Positions 38,968 through 51,782 are shown, counted from the first letter of the stretch. The stretch: 64,000 bases of DNA from Fistulifera solaris (GCA_030295235.1 AP026142.1:496001-560000), one strand, 5' to 3'. The notes: generated by a model from the letters alone, not told the origin. A program made the numbers and translations.

Positions 38968-40212
38968 TTACCGAGATTTTTCCTTGCTCCACATCCAAGC
39001 AAAGCGTTCCGGTCCGAGAAGGGCGTTCGCAAGACAAGCCGATACAATCAGCGCACCTCCTAATGCATCCGACGGCGAAAGTGATTGCCCTAGAAACACA
39101 GCAGCAAAAAGAGCGGCCCAGAGAGGCTCGGATGCTAGTATAACCGAAGCTTCCGACGGATTGATTCGACCGAGTGCCATAAGTTCAACCCAAAAGGTCA
39201 GAGACGTCGAAATGAGTCCAGTCCAGACAATGGCACCTGCTACCAAAGCCATGTCAGGATTCGACAACAAACCAGGCAATGCTAGCGTGTTCTGCCAATC
39301 AGGATTGGTAAACATCCATCCATCCGTCAGTGACCATAGCATGCTCACAAACGACGTCGTGGCCACCAAGGTCGCGGTAACAGGCAGGGCTTGATCCGGC
39401 TCTTTCGCCAGCATCCGTGAAGTCCAAAACACACCTGTCCCAAAGCCCACCGCTTGTGACAAGGCCAGTACATCACCTGCAGTGATACTGAACGATGCAT
39501 TCTGCCATGTATCGGCGGTCAGTTCGAGTGAAGCAACTCCCGTCATACACAAAATGGCGGCCAGCCACGTTTGCGGAGATTCCTTGAGACCCATGGGCTT
39601 TTTATCAATCCAAAGTTCCAACAAGGGACACCAAAGGACGGTGGCCGAACCTAGAAAGGACACACGTGCCGGATCGATTTCGACCAACGCCAATGATTGG
39701 GTAATGTAACCCGCGGCCGTGAAACAGCCGCACAAGATGGCCGGTATCCGCAAGGCCGGTGTAAGACGTGGAACAAAGGGCGAAAGTGCCAAGGCTGCCA
39801 ATACCATTCGTCCAGTCGTGGCAGCGGAAGCAGGTAATTGTTCGTTCATAATCGATCCCAAAGGAAAGTTTGTGGCATACGAGGCTGCCAAAAGTGCCAG
39901 AATGATACGAGGACCCAAATAGGTGGAGAGAATGGTTTCCCAGAGCGAATTGTCGTGATGGATTTCGTCCTTTGGTGTCTCCCTATTTTTCAATGTCGAA
40001 GAAGATATTTGAATTTGACGTGTTTGGAACATTTGATTTTCGTCTACGACATATTGCTTTCGCTTGCGTGGTAAAGGAAGAGAGCGAAAGATCGGCAATG
40101 GCCTTATTCTTAGAGGGTGATGATTTACGATGAACGCTTCGCTCGGAGTACGTAACCAAAGCGCGGTAAGGAACACAATCTGTGGAACAAGCCTGATTAT
40201 CATCCTCGTCAT
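38968..40212 (-). CDS. EamA/DMT family transporter, plastid-targeted
   Basis: Intact 414-aa ORF with two EamA-like repeats (GYITQSLAL..RVSFL; EASVILASEPLWAALFA). Presequence ends SEA-F. Confidence 0.85.
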   Translation of the reverse strand: MTRMIIRLVPQIVFLTALWLRTPSEAFIVNHHPLRIRPLPIFRSLPLPRKRKQYVVDENQMFQTRQIQISSSTLKNRETPKDEIHHDNSLWETILSTYLGPRIILALLAASYATNFPLGSIMNEQLPASAATTGRMVLAALALSPFVPRLTPALRIPAILCGCFTAAGYITQSLALVEIDPARVSFLGSATVLWCPLLELWIDKKPMGLKESPQTWLAAILCMTGVASLELTADTWQNASFSITAGDVLALSQAVGFGTGVFWTSRMLAKEPDQALPVTATLVATTSFVSMLWSLTDGWMFTNPDWQNTLALPGLLSNPDMALVAGAIVWTGLISTSLTFWVELMALGRINPSEASVILASEPLWAALFAAVFLGQSLSPSDALGGALIVSACLANALLGPERFAWMWSKEKSR

Positions 40213-40628
40213 GATAGAAAAAGGAACTTGATTTCATCAGTTTGCCATGAAGCTTGGCATGGCGAAAAGCGAAGGTCTGCGAATGTTATTATTACTGTAT
40301 TATTTGCTTGATTGATGGCGTAAAAAATGGGGTATCTTTTTGGCTACTGATTGGCCATCGGAGCTACTATATTTCAAAAAGTAGGCCGCACCCCGAACCC
40401 GATCGAACGACACGCTTCAACTCACCCTGTCGTATAGGTACAGAAGTACCAGTACCTACTCTACTAATAACGACAAGCTGAGACAGCGACCAAAAAATAA
40501 AAAAATGACGATGAACGACGATGATGATTTTGCTGATAAATACTTGTAAATACTACGTAATAGAAATACAACAATCGAGCCGACCCATTCATTAGCAACT
40601 AATTGATAAAGAAGTGATTTCAAAAATC

Positions 40629-41002
40629 ATGGGTTTCTCCTAGTAAGTTATAAACAAGCACTGTGTAGAGGTTGTAGCGAATGACGTTATCTCACGCTTT
40701 TCTCATATAAACAACACAGTCTGTTAGATCCAAAAAATCGCCAAGTTGGTCAAAAGCTCGGTATTGCTACGCTCCTTATGTTTACTTTGCCAATAATAAC
40801 GTATTATGTTAGTGAACGTTACTTTGTCGACAAGCAACATCCCGATAATTGGGCAGCACTTTCGGCCATTGTCATGACCAACATTATTGTCGGAGGATAT
40901 TGTTACGCCGCCTATATCGAAGATGCCGAAGAAAAGGACGCGGAAGACAAAACGAAGGGTGTACCACCACGTGTTGGAATATACAAAGAACGCACCGATT
41001 GA
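40629..41002 (+). CDS. VMA21: V-ATPase assembly factor VMA21-like
   Basis: Exon 1 MGFS(Y), intron 40643-40719, then KLGIATLLMFTLPIITYY...WAALSAIVMTNIIVGGYCYAAY. Two TMs and a C-terminal KERTD. Confidence 0.72.
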
Positions 41003-41209
41003 GATGACAGGACAACAACAATTTGCGCCATTCTATTACCGCAAGTTATGTATCGGCTATCGGCTTTGTCTCACACGAATGGTAATTACGATGAACACCA
41101 CTCCACAGACATCTGTCATTCTAAGAAAAATGATACACGGTGATTCAGGCGTTTTATAAAACTTACAACTTTTTTTTTACCTCTTCAGCACAATCTTTTC
41201 ATAACAGAT

Positions 41210-42243
41210 TTATTGCGCTCTGGCTTCCGCCGCAGGATCATACGAGATCATTCGCATAGTTTTAATCGCCACATAATGTTGCATGCGTTTGTAGCTTCCT
41301 TCTTGTACCGCCGATTTATGGATGCGATCGGCTACGGCAAATCCTTGGACGACTTTGGCGAAACAGGGATCGGCCTCGGTGGGATCTTCGTAACTACCTT
41401 GTCCGCCTGGTCCGTGATTGCGCGTGTTGTCCTGCATGCTGATATAAAAATCCGGTCCACCGGGTCGTCCGGCATATCCTAACGTGTATTTGACGTGTGG
41501 GTGTTTTTCGGAATACTCTTGGAACAAAACACTCTCTACTCCACTTTCCTTGAAATGTTTCACCAACCCCGCATTGGGAGGGGTCAGAAAGTTCGGCGCC
41601 GGTCCTCCTTGTATGACATGACCAGCATTGCGATGAAACGAGCATCCATCATACAGTCGACGATCAACTTGATCCAGGAACCACAAGACCGTGTGGGGCA
41701 TGTCTTCTTCGGAAGCGAGCTCGATCGTTATGTGGTCCGTGTCAGGGCCGTCTCCGTAAATATTTGAGCTGGGATCGAACGCGACTTCCATGACAACGTA
41801 ATGAGGTCCTGGACCGTACTTGGCCAATAGTCTTTCTTTGGACCATTTTTGCAAATTATCCTTCATTTTTTGTTTGAATTTGAGTAAATTGTCAATGCGC
41901 TTCTGCATCGCCTCGGTCGTTGGCATATTTCCAGCGGCGGCCGGTGTGGACGCTTGGAGCTTTCGTTCTAGATTTGCTTTTTCTTCCGATAAGGCCATGA
42001 GTCTGCTATTGAGACTCGATAGTTGGGTCTCTGCCGTAGAATCATTGGAAAGATAATAGTACACTCCACCGCCTCCCAAAGCCGCCGAGCTCGCCAAGGC
42101 AACCAGCAAAGGAGCGTTGCTCCGGCGGCGCTGGAGGTTCCCCGTCGCTTCTTCTTTTCCGACGACGCAAGAGGAAGCGATAAATCTCGGGCAGGCGATT
42201 TATTACTGCTGCTACGGTGCTTGAGACGATCGGATGATTCCAT
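41210..42243 (-). CDS. Membrane-anchored cyclophilin-like domain protein
   Basis: MPHTVLWFL, YDGCSFHRNAGHVIQGG, GPDFYIS and PCFAKVVQG, preceded by a TM and coiled-coil. Frameshift at ~42110. Confidence 0.75.
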
Positions 42244-42889
42244 TCTTCTTCATTAATAATAATGACAATGAAGCAAAAAATGACTGTTCTTCGCGGCATG
42301 AAGACTTTTTCGATATCTCAAGATGACGTCACCAACATGTACTATAAGCCCAAATGTTGGCGACCTTTTGGCATGACTACATTTCAGTCATGAATCAAAT
42401 TTTCCCGAGCCAGGATGCTATTCTTATTTGACCACCTTTATTTTCTACAAGCTAGTTCAGCTACAGCACATCAATGTAGCTACCTTCCGTGGCATGTGCA
42501 ACAAAAGTTTCGATTCATCAAGTCCTTGGTCGGTCTCTCATCTAAATTCACCCTTGATCGGGAGTCGGACACTCGCAGCGGTATAAAAAGCAACCTTAGC
42601 TCAAGAATTCCGTCTTTCCTTCAACCCTACCAAAACGGCAACCAACCAAAATCTTCCGATCCGCGTCTCGTTACCAGGTATTTCGCGACGATGACAATGA
42701 AGCGTCCGCAAAATCGGATCGGATTGGTTTAACCAACAAGATAAGCAACTAAGTAAAGGACTCTTCTCTGCTATCACAATCCATTTGATCGGTCATTTGT
42801 GGACTCTCATAGCCTCGACTTAAACGCAGTCGAAACGAATTAAATATACTCAACCTAGTTGGATACTTTTTTATTTTGTTCGAAATATC

Positions 42890-44586
42890 ATGTTGGTTCT
42901 ATTTGAAACACCTGCAGGTTACTCGTTGTTCAAAGTAAGTCAATTTTTTTGTTTTTCAAACCTTGCAACCTTGCCTTACAAACGAGCCACAATTAATTCA
43001 TTTTTTCTAGGTCGCCGATGCCAAAAAACTGGCAAAGACTGAACCCGATGATATCTTTGACACATTCTTCGCCGATGAAAAGAAGGCATCCAAGAGCATA
43101 CAGCTCGTGAGTTTTCAGCCCTTTGAAGACACGGCAGATGCCGTAACAGCAGCTACTTCCCCCATTGAGGGAAAGGTGAGCAAAACGCTCAAATCTTTCT
43201 TGAAAAAGAAGCTGAAAAAATCCGCCGAATCGGCCCTCGCCGTAGCGGACAAAACGATGGCGGTTTCTCTCAAAGAAAGTTCGGTTACGGAAAAAGGGGA
43301 TTTGAAAATCGTCAGTGACAAGAAATCGCATGAAATTTTTCGAGGAATTCGTTGTTACATGGACCAATTACTTGGCAGTGGTGCAGATGGCAGTGAAGGT
43401 GGCATTTCGCCGGATGATATGAAGGCGATGCAATTGGGTCTGTCGCATTCCTTGTCCCGATATAAGTTGAAATTTTCTGCCGACAAGGTAGATACTATGG
43501 TTATACAAGCGGTCGGATTGTTGGATGAATTAGACAAGGAAATTAATACGTACGCTATGCGTGTTAAAGAGTGGTACGGTTGGCACTTTCCTGAATTACA
43601 AGCGCTGGTTCCGGACAATGCTTCTTACAGTCAGCTCGTGTTGGCTTGTGGAATGAGAACAAGTTTCAAGGATCAGGATCTTTCCAGTATTTTGGAAGAT
43701 GAAGCACAGGAGGGTGCTGTCAAAGAAGCTGCTGAAATATCCATGGGAACGGAGATTGCCGATCTCGATATTTTGAACATATCGTCTCTGGCCAAGCAAG
43801 TTCTGAGTCTCACTGAATACAGATCACAACTCTTTGAGTACTTGAAGAACCGCATGAACGCAATTGCTCCGAACTTGACGATTCTTGTGGGAGAGTTAGT
43901 TGGTGCGCGCCTCATCTCTCACGCGGGTAGCTTGATGAATTTAGCCAAGCAACCAGCGTCAACCGTACAAATTCTGGGGGCCGAGAAGGCTCTATTCCGT
44001 GCACTTAAGACAAAGCACGACACGCCTAAGTACGGATTGATCTATCATGCATCATTGATTGGACAAGCCGCTCCGAAGCACAAAGGTAAAATTAGTCGTG
44101 TTCTTGCGGCCAAGGCGGCACTTGCTATTCGTGTGGATGCTTTGTCAGACGAGACCGCTGTCGCGGATACAACCATCGGTTTCGAAGGTCGCGCAAAAGT
44201 GGAGGCACGATTACGACAGCTGGATGGCGGGACTTTCGTAACTTCGACTTTGTCCGCGCAGAAGACTGCCAAGTATGATGCAGTTGCCGCCAAGAGCGCC
44301 GCATCTGGAACATCTTATAACGCCGCCAGTGATATTGCCATGGACATTGGAAACACCAAAAAAAGACAAGAAAGAAAAGAAGGATAAGAAACGCAGTCGA
44401 GAATCTATGGAATCTAAGGCGACTGAGGATGGCGATAAATCTGCCAAGAAATCCAAGAAAAGCAAGAAAGATAGGGTGGAAGATGCAGTTAACGGAGACG
44501 ACGAGGACAAAAAATCAGCCAAAAAGGCCAAGAAAGAAAAAAAAGGAAAAGAGGAAATCTCAGGAGTGAACATTGCTTTGTGTTGA
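42890..44586 (+). CDS. NOP58: Box C/D snoRNP core protein NOP58
   Basis: MLVLFETPAGYSLFK, intron 42935-43010, LGLSHSLSRYKLKFSADKVDTM, STVQILGAEKALFRALKTKHDTPKYG and a KKE/D-rich tail reached via a shift at ~44360. The exact stop is uncertain. Confidence 0.93.
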
Positions 44587-44769
44587 TGAAGACAGTTCTG
44601 GTGGACTCTTTTTAGTTCAAATTAGCCATGTTATACATATTTCTTGCTATTGTCGATTTCGATGCTAAAGCCGAGGATCGAGCGGCAGTTACATTCATCT
44701 CTTACAGCCAGGTCGCTTCCTCTATTGCCTTACAGTATTGCTACGTATTTTATAGATAGTTAGGAAGCC

Positions 44770-45168
44770 TTACTTGTCCCAGAAAAATTTCTTTTTCTTC
44801 ATATCCACCTTAGGCTTCGCCTCGGATTGAACGTACGTCGAATCCATGCGCTTCATCATCGCCGCGTGCTTCGCTTCGTGTTCTTTCATCATGAGATCCA
44901 GATGATTGACGGAAGGATCCTTGTACTTTTGCTTCATGTGAGCCTTGTCCATATTCCCGGTGCGCCTCGCCTTCAGGAGCGCCTGCTGAGCGGCCCATTG
45001 TTCGTCTAAATGCCCTTTACCCGAACCCGATCCGTGGATTGGTGTAAAGTCAAAGAATCCCATCGACAACTGAGTTGCTGGGCGATGAAGCACCGCCGGA
45101 AGCGGAGAGAATCCCCTCACAAGACCGGCGAGAATCACAAGTTCTGAGAAAAAGAGAAGTAGTTTCAT
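44770..45168 (-). CDS. Small plastid-targeted protein of unknown function
   Basis: Signal MKLLLFFSELVILAGLVRG-F, transit-like region ending LSMGFFD, C-terminus FFWDK. Confidence 0.65.
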   Translation of the reverse strand: MKLLLFFSELVILAGLVRGFSPLPAVLHRPATQLSMGFFDFTPIHGSGSGKGHLDEQWAAQQALLKARRTGNMDKAHMKQKYKDPSVNHLDLMMKEHEAKHAAMMKRMDSTYVQSEAKPKVDMKKKKFFWDK

Positions 45169-45718
45169 TCCTTTTGATCTATTCGAATTATGCGAACATA
45201 GATTAATGATAAGCACAGGAATCGAACAGATGAAATAGTATAGCGTACGAGCTCAAACAGAACAAAAATTTGAGAACTTCGCTGTCATGAATGTCAAAAG
45301 GCATGCGGTGCTTTTTGTGATGGAATGTTGATGCTTTTGTGATGAGACGTTGTCCGTCTGTCTGAAATGTCACAGCAAGATTTTTGGCTGTCCATCACCT
45401 CGGGACTCAGTTTCTTGGAGTCAACAGTCAACCCGTGTTCCACATTCCACGATGTAGTTGTCAGGTTGCACGTTGGAACGACGCCACATAGATCTTAAAT
45501 CTTCGTTACCAGTACCATAACAATCGAATTGACTTCCGACGATAATTTTCTTGCCTGGAGGCGCGATGCTTCACTGCGTCATCTCGTGACTCACTACAAT
45601 GTCGGGGTGAAAAACATAAACTTTTGTCGAACTTTGGGGCCCCATTCCGTCTGTGCGTGACGACTTATATTTATCAGCGAAAGCTAAACTCCCAAAGGGA
45701 CAGTTCATGAGAACACCA

Positions 45719-46984
45719 TTAAGTGATTTCAATTTCTCCGCCGTTGTTTCGGCGATTCTTTCGTCGCTTTCGCTTTTCTCTTCGCGAAGGACCCCACAAT
45801 ACTGTTTCCAATCGCTGAAAACCAGGCTCAGGTAAGTTCCCTCTCCGAATGGCGTACACAATATACGCTAGAGTGCCAATCAATATGGCGATTGAAAGAA
45901 ACGCCACTTCTTGATGGGACGATCGATACTTTGTAGTAATTTCCGCCCGATCCATTTCGTCGCGAGCAATTTTTACTCCATCCATAATTTGTTCAGCCAT
46001 GGCAATGGCCATTGCCTCTCCAATGGCCATCATCGTATCCGCCCGTCCGGAATAGTGTTGATATGTGTCTCGCTCCGCGGCTTCCGGATCTGTTTCTTGA
46101 ACCACGTAGGGCGCGGTGGGCACATACGTAGTAATGCGTCGCATGCGGGCGAGATTGACCACCGACTTTTGCATTTCACGAAAATCAAGTTCTTTCTTCA
46201 TTACATTGACAGTTCCTTGTCCACCCAGTTCGCCGACCAAGATGGGTAGCCCCGATTTGATCTTGGTTCTCATGAACGTCAACAGAATGGTCAAATTGTC
46301 CTTGTAATTTCGGTTCGCGACGACATCTTCCAAATCGGAGTAGCCATGCCACCACAGTAATCCTTTAATGTCGTAGCGGGCGTGTTTGTACTCGGGACCA
46401 ATGATCGTATCCAGGTGTTTCACGGCGTCTTTGATGTTCGATAAGAGCCGAAACCATTGAAAGCCACCGGGTTCTTTGCCCAAGGGCGGCCGAAAATCCT
46501 TTTGCAATGTTCTTCCACTCCACGCGGATTTGATCAATAAAACAGGTTCTTCAAAGAATTCTCCCAAAACATGACCAAACTCGACTTCGGGACCGAACAA
46601 GTTGGCGTGCGCTCCAAATCCCTTCACAGTTAAATTTCCGTGCCGAAACGGTTTCCCTCGTTCGTGATCGTAATAGACAAAGACATCGTCCCGTGATTTC
46701 CAAGTGACACCATCGTCTTTCATCAGCCAATGTTGATAGCGATCTTTGGTGGCGGGTTGTGTAGCTAACTCGTGAAGGTGTGACAACGAAGCGTAGCCTT
46801 CGACATTGTCGTCACCGGCTAAAATGAACACGTGCACCAGCGGGCGCTGCAACCAGCTGGCTTTGGCGTTGTGGACAAGTAGTCCAATTATTACTATAAT
46901 TATGATTAGACTACGAATCGTTTTTTGAAGCGATCGATGCAGTTGACAAGATACTGTCATTCTTGGACGACGAGGGTCCGCCAT
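45719..46984 (-). CDS. SASA (sialate O-acetylesterase-like SGNH) domain membrane protein, catalytic Ser absent
   Basis: VFILAGDDNVEG (canonical AGQSN), FGPEVEFG, LLIKSAWSGRTL..DFRPP, WWHGYSD and HYSG. N-terminal hydrophobic segment and C-terminal TM. Confidence 0.75.
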   Translation of the reverse strand: MADPRRPRMTVSCQLHRSLQKTIRSLIIIIVIIGLLVHNAKASWLQRPLVHVFILAGDDNVEGYASLSHLHELATQPATKDRYQHWLMKDDGVTWKSRDDVFVYYDHERGKPFRHGNLTVKGFGAHANLFGPEVEFGHVLGEFFEEPVLLIKSAWSGRTLQKDFRPPLGKEPGGFQWFRLLSNIKDAVKHLDTIIGPEYKHARYDIKGLLWWHGYSDLEDVVANRNYKDNLTILLTFMRTKIKSGLPILVGELGGQGTVNVMKKELDFREMQKSVVNLARMRRITTYVPTAPYVVQETDPEAAERDTYQHYSGRADTMMAIGEAMAIAMAEQIMDGVKIARDEMDRAEITTKYRSSHQEVAFLSIAILIGTLAYIVYAIRRGNLPEPGFQRLETVLWGPSRREKRKRRKNRRNNGGEIEIT

Positions 46985-47957
46985 AGGGTCGTATTTGTCA
47001 AAAAAAAAATGTGCGATGATGTGTTTTATGGCGTGACTTCTCTTATTATTTATATTTTCTGGTGAAATGACCCTTGACGGAAATCCAGCTGAGTCCTGTC
47101 GGAACGCGGAATATATGTAACCAATATCGATGAGTTTCCGAACGACGGCGTTTCACAAACATCAAAAAGGATGATGTGCATGGCTCGTGCTGTTGCAATA
47201 CTACGTATAATGTATTACGGAGTACACAAAAGGTCACTTGCAAGACGAAAGGGAATTGAGCTATTGAAGTGTGAGAACCACTACCAGTAGCGCAGTCTGC
47301 CGCGACACTAATTCATGACTGAAATGCAGTCGTGGCTACCGGAGAATTGACATTTCAGACCCCCTACAAACATGTTGATCCTCTAGAGAGTACAGATGAG
47401 ACGAGGAACGACGAATAATCGAGAACAAAGTGCTGCAAATGGACCTCGAGGTGCTTTGTATCGTGTTTTTCAATGATAAAGTCTGCTGAACAAACATACA
47501 AAGGCAAGGAGGCTTTATAGACAGGCGTGCATTGAAAATGTTGGTTTCAGGTTGGATTGCAGTCTTCGTATATAGGGCGTTCCACCATTTAGCTACACTT
47601 GGGGCTATAGCAAAGAACAGTGTCACACTTTTTCCGCCGCGCAACGAACATAAAAAAATGAATGCATTTGCAAAGGATGATTTCTAGATTAAGCTGTAAA
47701 CTTTAGATGCATTGTTAATGCTGCTGAAGGTAAATACAGTAGTCTTACTGATGTAACCGTTGATGATGCTTGGAGTGAAGTGCGTCGACAGTGTTCTGAG
47801 AAATGAATTCCAACGGCGTCTTCGATCTTTGTAAAAAGCAAGATGTTCAAAAAATATGCCGGTGACATGGGATATAATGTGATATATGATGTGACTGAGC
47901 GTTGTTTCAATGTAGTTTTTTCCAGGCATTAAGCTTCTTTTAAAGCCGCATCCAATA

Positions 47958-48530
47958 ATGACTCGATTCGATGTCGAATTCGGTCCCATCACAATCGACA
48001 ACATTGAGCACGTAAGTCGACTCGTAAGACTATCTTTTTCTCCAATAATGAAGGGCACTCACTTTGCTTGTTAAGAACAGCTGCGTCGAATCAACGGAGC
48101 ATCCTTTCCAATAGTGTACAATCAGGCCTACTACAAGGACTTGTTAGATCAAGACGACGCCTCGCAACTCAACCAGTTTGCCTATTACAAAGGTCAAATT
48201 GTGGGAGCCATTTGCGCGGTTTTGCAAGACATTGCTGCTGCAGGAGAGCAACACGTTTACATCCGGACCCTGGCTGTACTTGCCGCGTACCGTGGACGAG
48301 GGATTGGGAGTCAACTGATGGAGAGATTACTGCACTATTGCGAGCAACGATCCTCGGTGACGGAACTCTCGTTGCATGTACAAATATCGAATGACGATGC
48401 TATCGATTTCTATACGGAAAAATTTCAATTCACGAAAGGAGAACTGGTGCAAAACTATTATCGGCGCGTCGATCCGCCACATTGCTATCGTTTGTATCGA
48501 ATCATTCGCAAGGGTAATTCAAATGCTTGA
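47958..48530 (+). CDS. NAA50: N-alpha-acetyltransferase 50 (NatE catalytic subunit)
   Basis: Exon 1 MTRFDVEFGPITIDNIEH, intron 48012-48080, FPIVYNQAYY, YIRTLAVLAAYRGRGIGS, LHVQISNDDAIDFY and NYYRRVDPP. Confidence 0.88.
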
Positions 48531-48574
48531 CATGATGTGTGGACATGAATGAACCGTTTATGCTAATTAGATTT

Positions 48575-49950
48575 CTAGACGACACGACTTCTCTCCTTAT
48601 GACTTTTGTGTCGCAAGGTTCGTAAGCGTTGCAAACTCAACGCAAACTCTTCTTCGGTCGCAGCAGTGAACACGCAACGAAAGAAGCCAGGCTGTTCATT
48701 CTTCATGCTTAGTCCTGGCGTCAGAAGAAGACCGTACGTATGCACCAGCTCTAAATAAAGCTTCCGTTCCTGTTCACTAGGAGTCAGTTGACTGTCGCTC
48801 GGTAAATAACGTGACAAGTCGATCCACACAAAAAGTCCCGCTGTCGGTGTCAGATACGGTATTTGGAATTCATCCAACACAGCGGTCAATTGTGCACTGC
48901 GTTGCATTAAACGACTGTGATTCATACGCCGAAAGGCGTGGACCCACGATTCTCCTCCTTCCATTTCGTGTTCCAAGATCATTTTGGTCCACAATTGCGT
49001 TGTGGACGAAATGCAACATAAATCATTCAACTTTTGCAGGGGCAACACGATTTCTTCATTTTCCGTATACGCGGCCCCAACCCGCAACCCCGATAACGCA
49101 AAATCTTTGCTCAAGGCGTACACCCAATGCACGTAGGGACCCAAACCTTCGTCGTTGCGATCAGCCAATTGCAGTGCCGACACAAACGTCTCGCCATAGA
49201 CCGATCCGGCATAAATTTCGTCACTAATGAGATGAATCTGTCGTTCTCGACACCATTGAATGCATTCCTCGACGACCGAGGGTGGATAACAAATACCCAG
49301 TGGGTTGTGGGGATGACTCAGTAAGAGTATTTTGGGTGTACTCTGCTGTTGGAGGCATCGTTCGTAGGCGGCATTGAGTGCAGCCGTGTTGGGAAAGTAG
49401 ATTTGTGCGTCTTGTGGTTTGGTTTGATAGTCTTGTGTTGTTACGGGTTCGACCCGCAATCCTGCACGAGCGACGAGATCAAATTCGAATGCGGCATAAT
49501 ACGGTGTGGGTATGAGGACGGATTCACCGGCCTCGGCCAAAGTAAAGCAGAGATTTTCCAAGACGGCATTGCAACCGGCTCCAACGATGAGATTTTCTCG
49601 TTTCAATCGCAATGGTTGTAATTGGAGCAAATCTTCGATATACACCGCCATGGTGTCAATAAAATCGGCCCGACCCTGAGTCGGCTGATAGTAAATGGCA
49701 TTTGCCGGAATGGAGAAAAGGTCGATTGAGGGCCGGCACCAACCAATCTTCCAACATGAGAGACTCGGCCACACCCAACTGTAATGCTCCCTGAGGATGT
49801 TCGGGACTGTATCGAACAACAGATCGCGCGTCCGCGAGATACGAAGGCAACAATCGGACGGCATCCCGTCCTCGCGAGGGAACTGAGCGACGACGCGAGT
49901 CGTCTTGTGGCTGTGACAAGTGAAGGATTGCAGCTAGTGTGTGTTACCAT
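48575..49950 (-). CDS. ACC-synthase-like PLP-dependent class I/II aminotransferase
   Basis: LQLGVAE, PTPYYAAFEFDL, PHNPLG, HLISDEIY, PLP-Lys motif LSKDFALSGLRVG and PGFFRCVF. Frameshift at ~49718. The 5' start is uncertain. Confidence 0.82.
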
Positions 49951-50358
49951 TCTCGAATATACTGTTTTTGAATAGGATCAAGAAGGTTTTCTACGACAAA
50001 AGATGATAAGAAATGGTCCGATTTTATTACTATGTATAATGACAACGCAGCAAAGAAAGAAGAAATTGGGAGAGTTTTCTGCTTGTTTTTCTGTGGACGA
50101 AAACATGCCGAAACAAGTCACTATACGACACAAGTTTGTATCCCTGTTACGTTTATACGTTCCTTTCAGCTTCAACTAAAGCATCGCAAAACACAAAACG
50201 CATTACAATCATGATGTTGGTAAAACCATCCTTTCAATTTAACAGGTTCATCACGAGCTTTATTCTCTTGTAGACGTAGATCTAAATCACACTTTGCAAC
50301 CGTAACTTGATTCGTTGGCTTGAAGCCGCCGAAACTAAACCGAAGAATCATAATAGAC

Positions 50359-51372
50359 ATGCGCGCCTTTCACGTCCATCTATTATTCGGCTGCCTCACG
50401 GTCATGGTATTCCTGCCTTCTCGATTGCTGGCATTCCAACTGAAAACAAAACAACAGTGCTCCAGAACACAGCATAGTATGATTGCGAATTTATTCAATA
50501 CCGACAAGCAGAGCTTGCCATCACTGCCGAAAGACGTGAAAGAAGCCGTCCGCAAATGCCGAGAGGCCACTCAAGAGGCCTTGAAAAACCGCATCAGTCG
50601 CATGGATATCGAATTTCCCGTCGGAACCAAATTCAATGTTGAGAAATCTGGCAGCAAAAGCAAAGGACCACCCACGTTACAAGAATTTCAACGATCCGAT
50701 CGGGAATTGGCTCGATTGTTTGTAGAAATGTTTCAACCCGTCGGAGGAGATCGGATTGCCGTCATTTTCAAAGAGGATGAGCAGGCGGAACAAGCCAAGA
50801 AACTATGGAAAGGGGATGCTTCAGCGGCTTCACGTATCTTGGCGTTGAATCGCGGCAAGAAACAGCGAACAGGCAAAAAGTCCCTGGGCTTTGCCAACAA
50901 ATTGGCTGCTGAACTGGAAGAAGAAAAGTCCTCGGGGCCTTTTGCCTTGCCCGAGAATATTGAAGTCGCTTTGTTCATTAGTCCGGGACCGAAAGAACTC
51001 GTGGTTGTGGAAAAGATATGCAATCAAGTCGGTGATGGTACATTAGTCGTTTTGCTCAACACACGATTGGGCTCCATTTCCAATTTCGGATCGGCGGCCG
51101 CCACAAAACTGTTTACGCAAACATTCGAATCGGTCTTTCATTTGGCGGCAGCGCCTCAAGATGCCGCGCCGAATTGTCTGTTACACCGAGCCTACCCGAT
51201 GGATTGGGTGCTGGCGAGGAAACCGGCCGTTGGTCCGCCGAAATCCTTTGGGCGATGGTCGCAACGACCTACTTTGGAAGAATGCGCTTCGACTTTCCAG
51301 TCGCTGCAGCTTTCCGAAGTGGAACGTGGAGTGGAAAATGTTGTTGAGAATGTGGCCAGTTGGCTGAAATAA
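50359..51372 (+). CDS. DUF1995 (LPA3-like) plastid protein
   Basis: Presequence ends LLA-F. SRMDIEFP, LVVLLN and LHRAYPMDW..RPT motifs are typical of DUF1995. Confidence 0.78.
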   Translation: MRAFHVHLLFGCLTVMVFLPSRLLAFQLKTKQQCSRTQHSMIANLFNTDKQSLPSLPKDVKEAVRKCREATQEALKNRISRMDIEFPVGTKFNVEKSGSKSKGPPTLQEFQRSDRELARLFVEMFQPVGGDRIAVIFKEDEQAEQAKKLWKGDASAASRILALNRGKKQRTGKKSLGFANKLAAELEEEKSSGPFALPENIEVALFISPGPKELVVVEKICNQVGDGTLVVLLNTRLGSISNFGSAAATKLFTQTFESVFHLAAAPQDAAPNCLLHRAYPMDWVLARKPAVGPPKSFGRWSQRPTLEECASTFQSLQLSEVERGVENVVENVASWLK

Positions 51373-51782
51373 TATATAACCAAGATATGAAGATGTACCT
51401 TTCAGCAATGATGCTTTTAGTGTAGACAGGGGCTTTCTCTTGGACTGCTGTTCAGATAAACCAATATTAAATGCAACATTTAAACTACGAAATATATTTA
51501 TCACAAATATTTTAAGTGAGGCGACGTCTAATGATAATAAGCGACTACGTATATTAAGGTCACGATACTAGCCTGAACTTGATGATTTATAAATGGTACA
51601 ATACAAGGCCATATACCACATTCCATCGTCCAACCAAAGCAACACAGCTGATCCTGAAAACCGGCTTACACAGCATAGACCAGAGACAAAGATCTACACA
51701 CCGGCACACATCTCAGTTCCAACACCTTCAATCGATTCAAGAAAGACACAGATAAATGGCCTGACAGACTCACATCAAATGC

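Noticed and set aside
47315..47690. Possible small multi-exon gene or relic upstream of NAA50
   Set aside because: Only short frames interrupted by stops, with no recognisable motif or consistent splice model.
47668..47900. Possible box C/D snoRNAs (AGGATGA...CTGA with short terminal stem; TGATGA...CTGA)
   Set aside because: The C box is imperfect and I could not match guide segments to rRNA or snRNA from memory. A snoscan or Rfam search would be needed.
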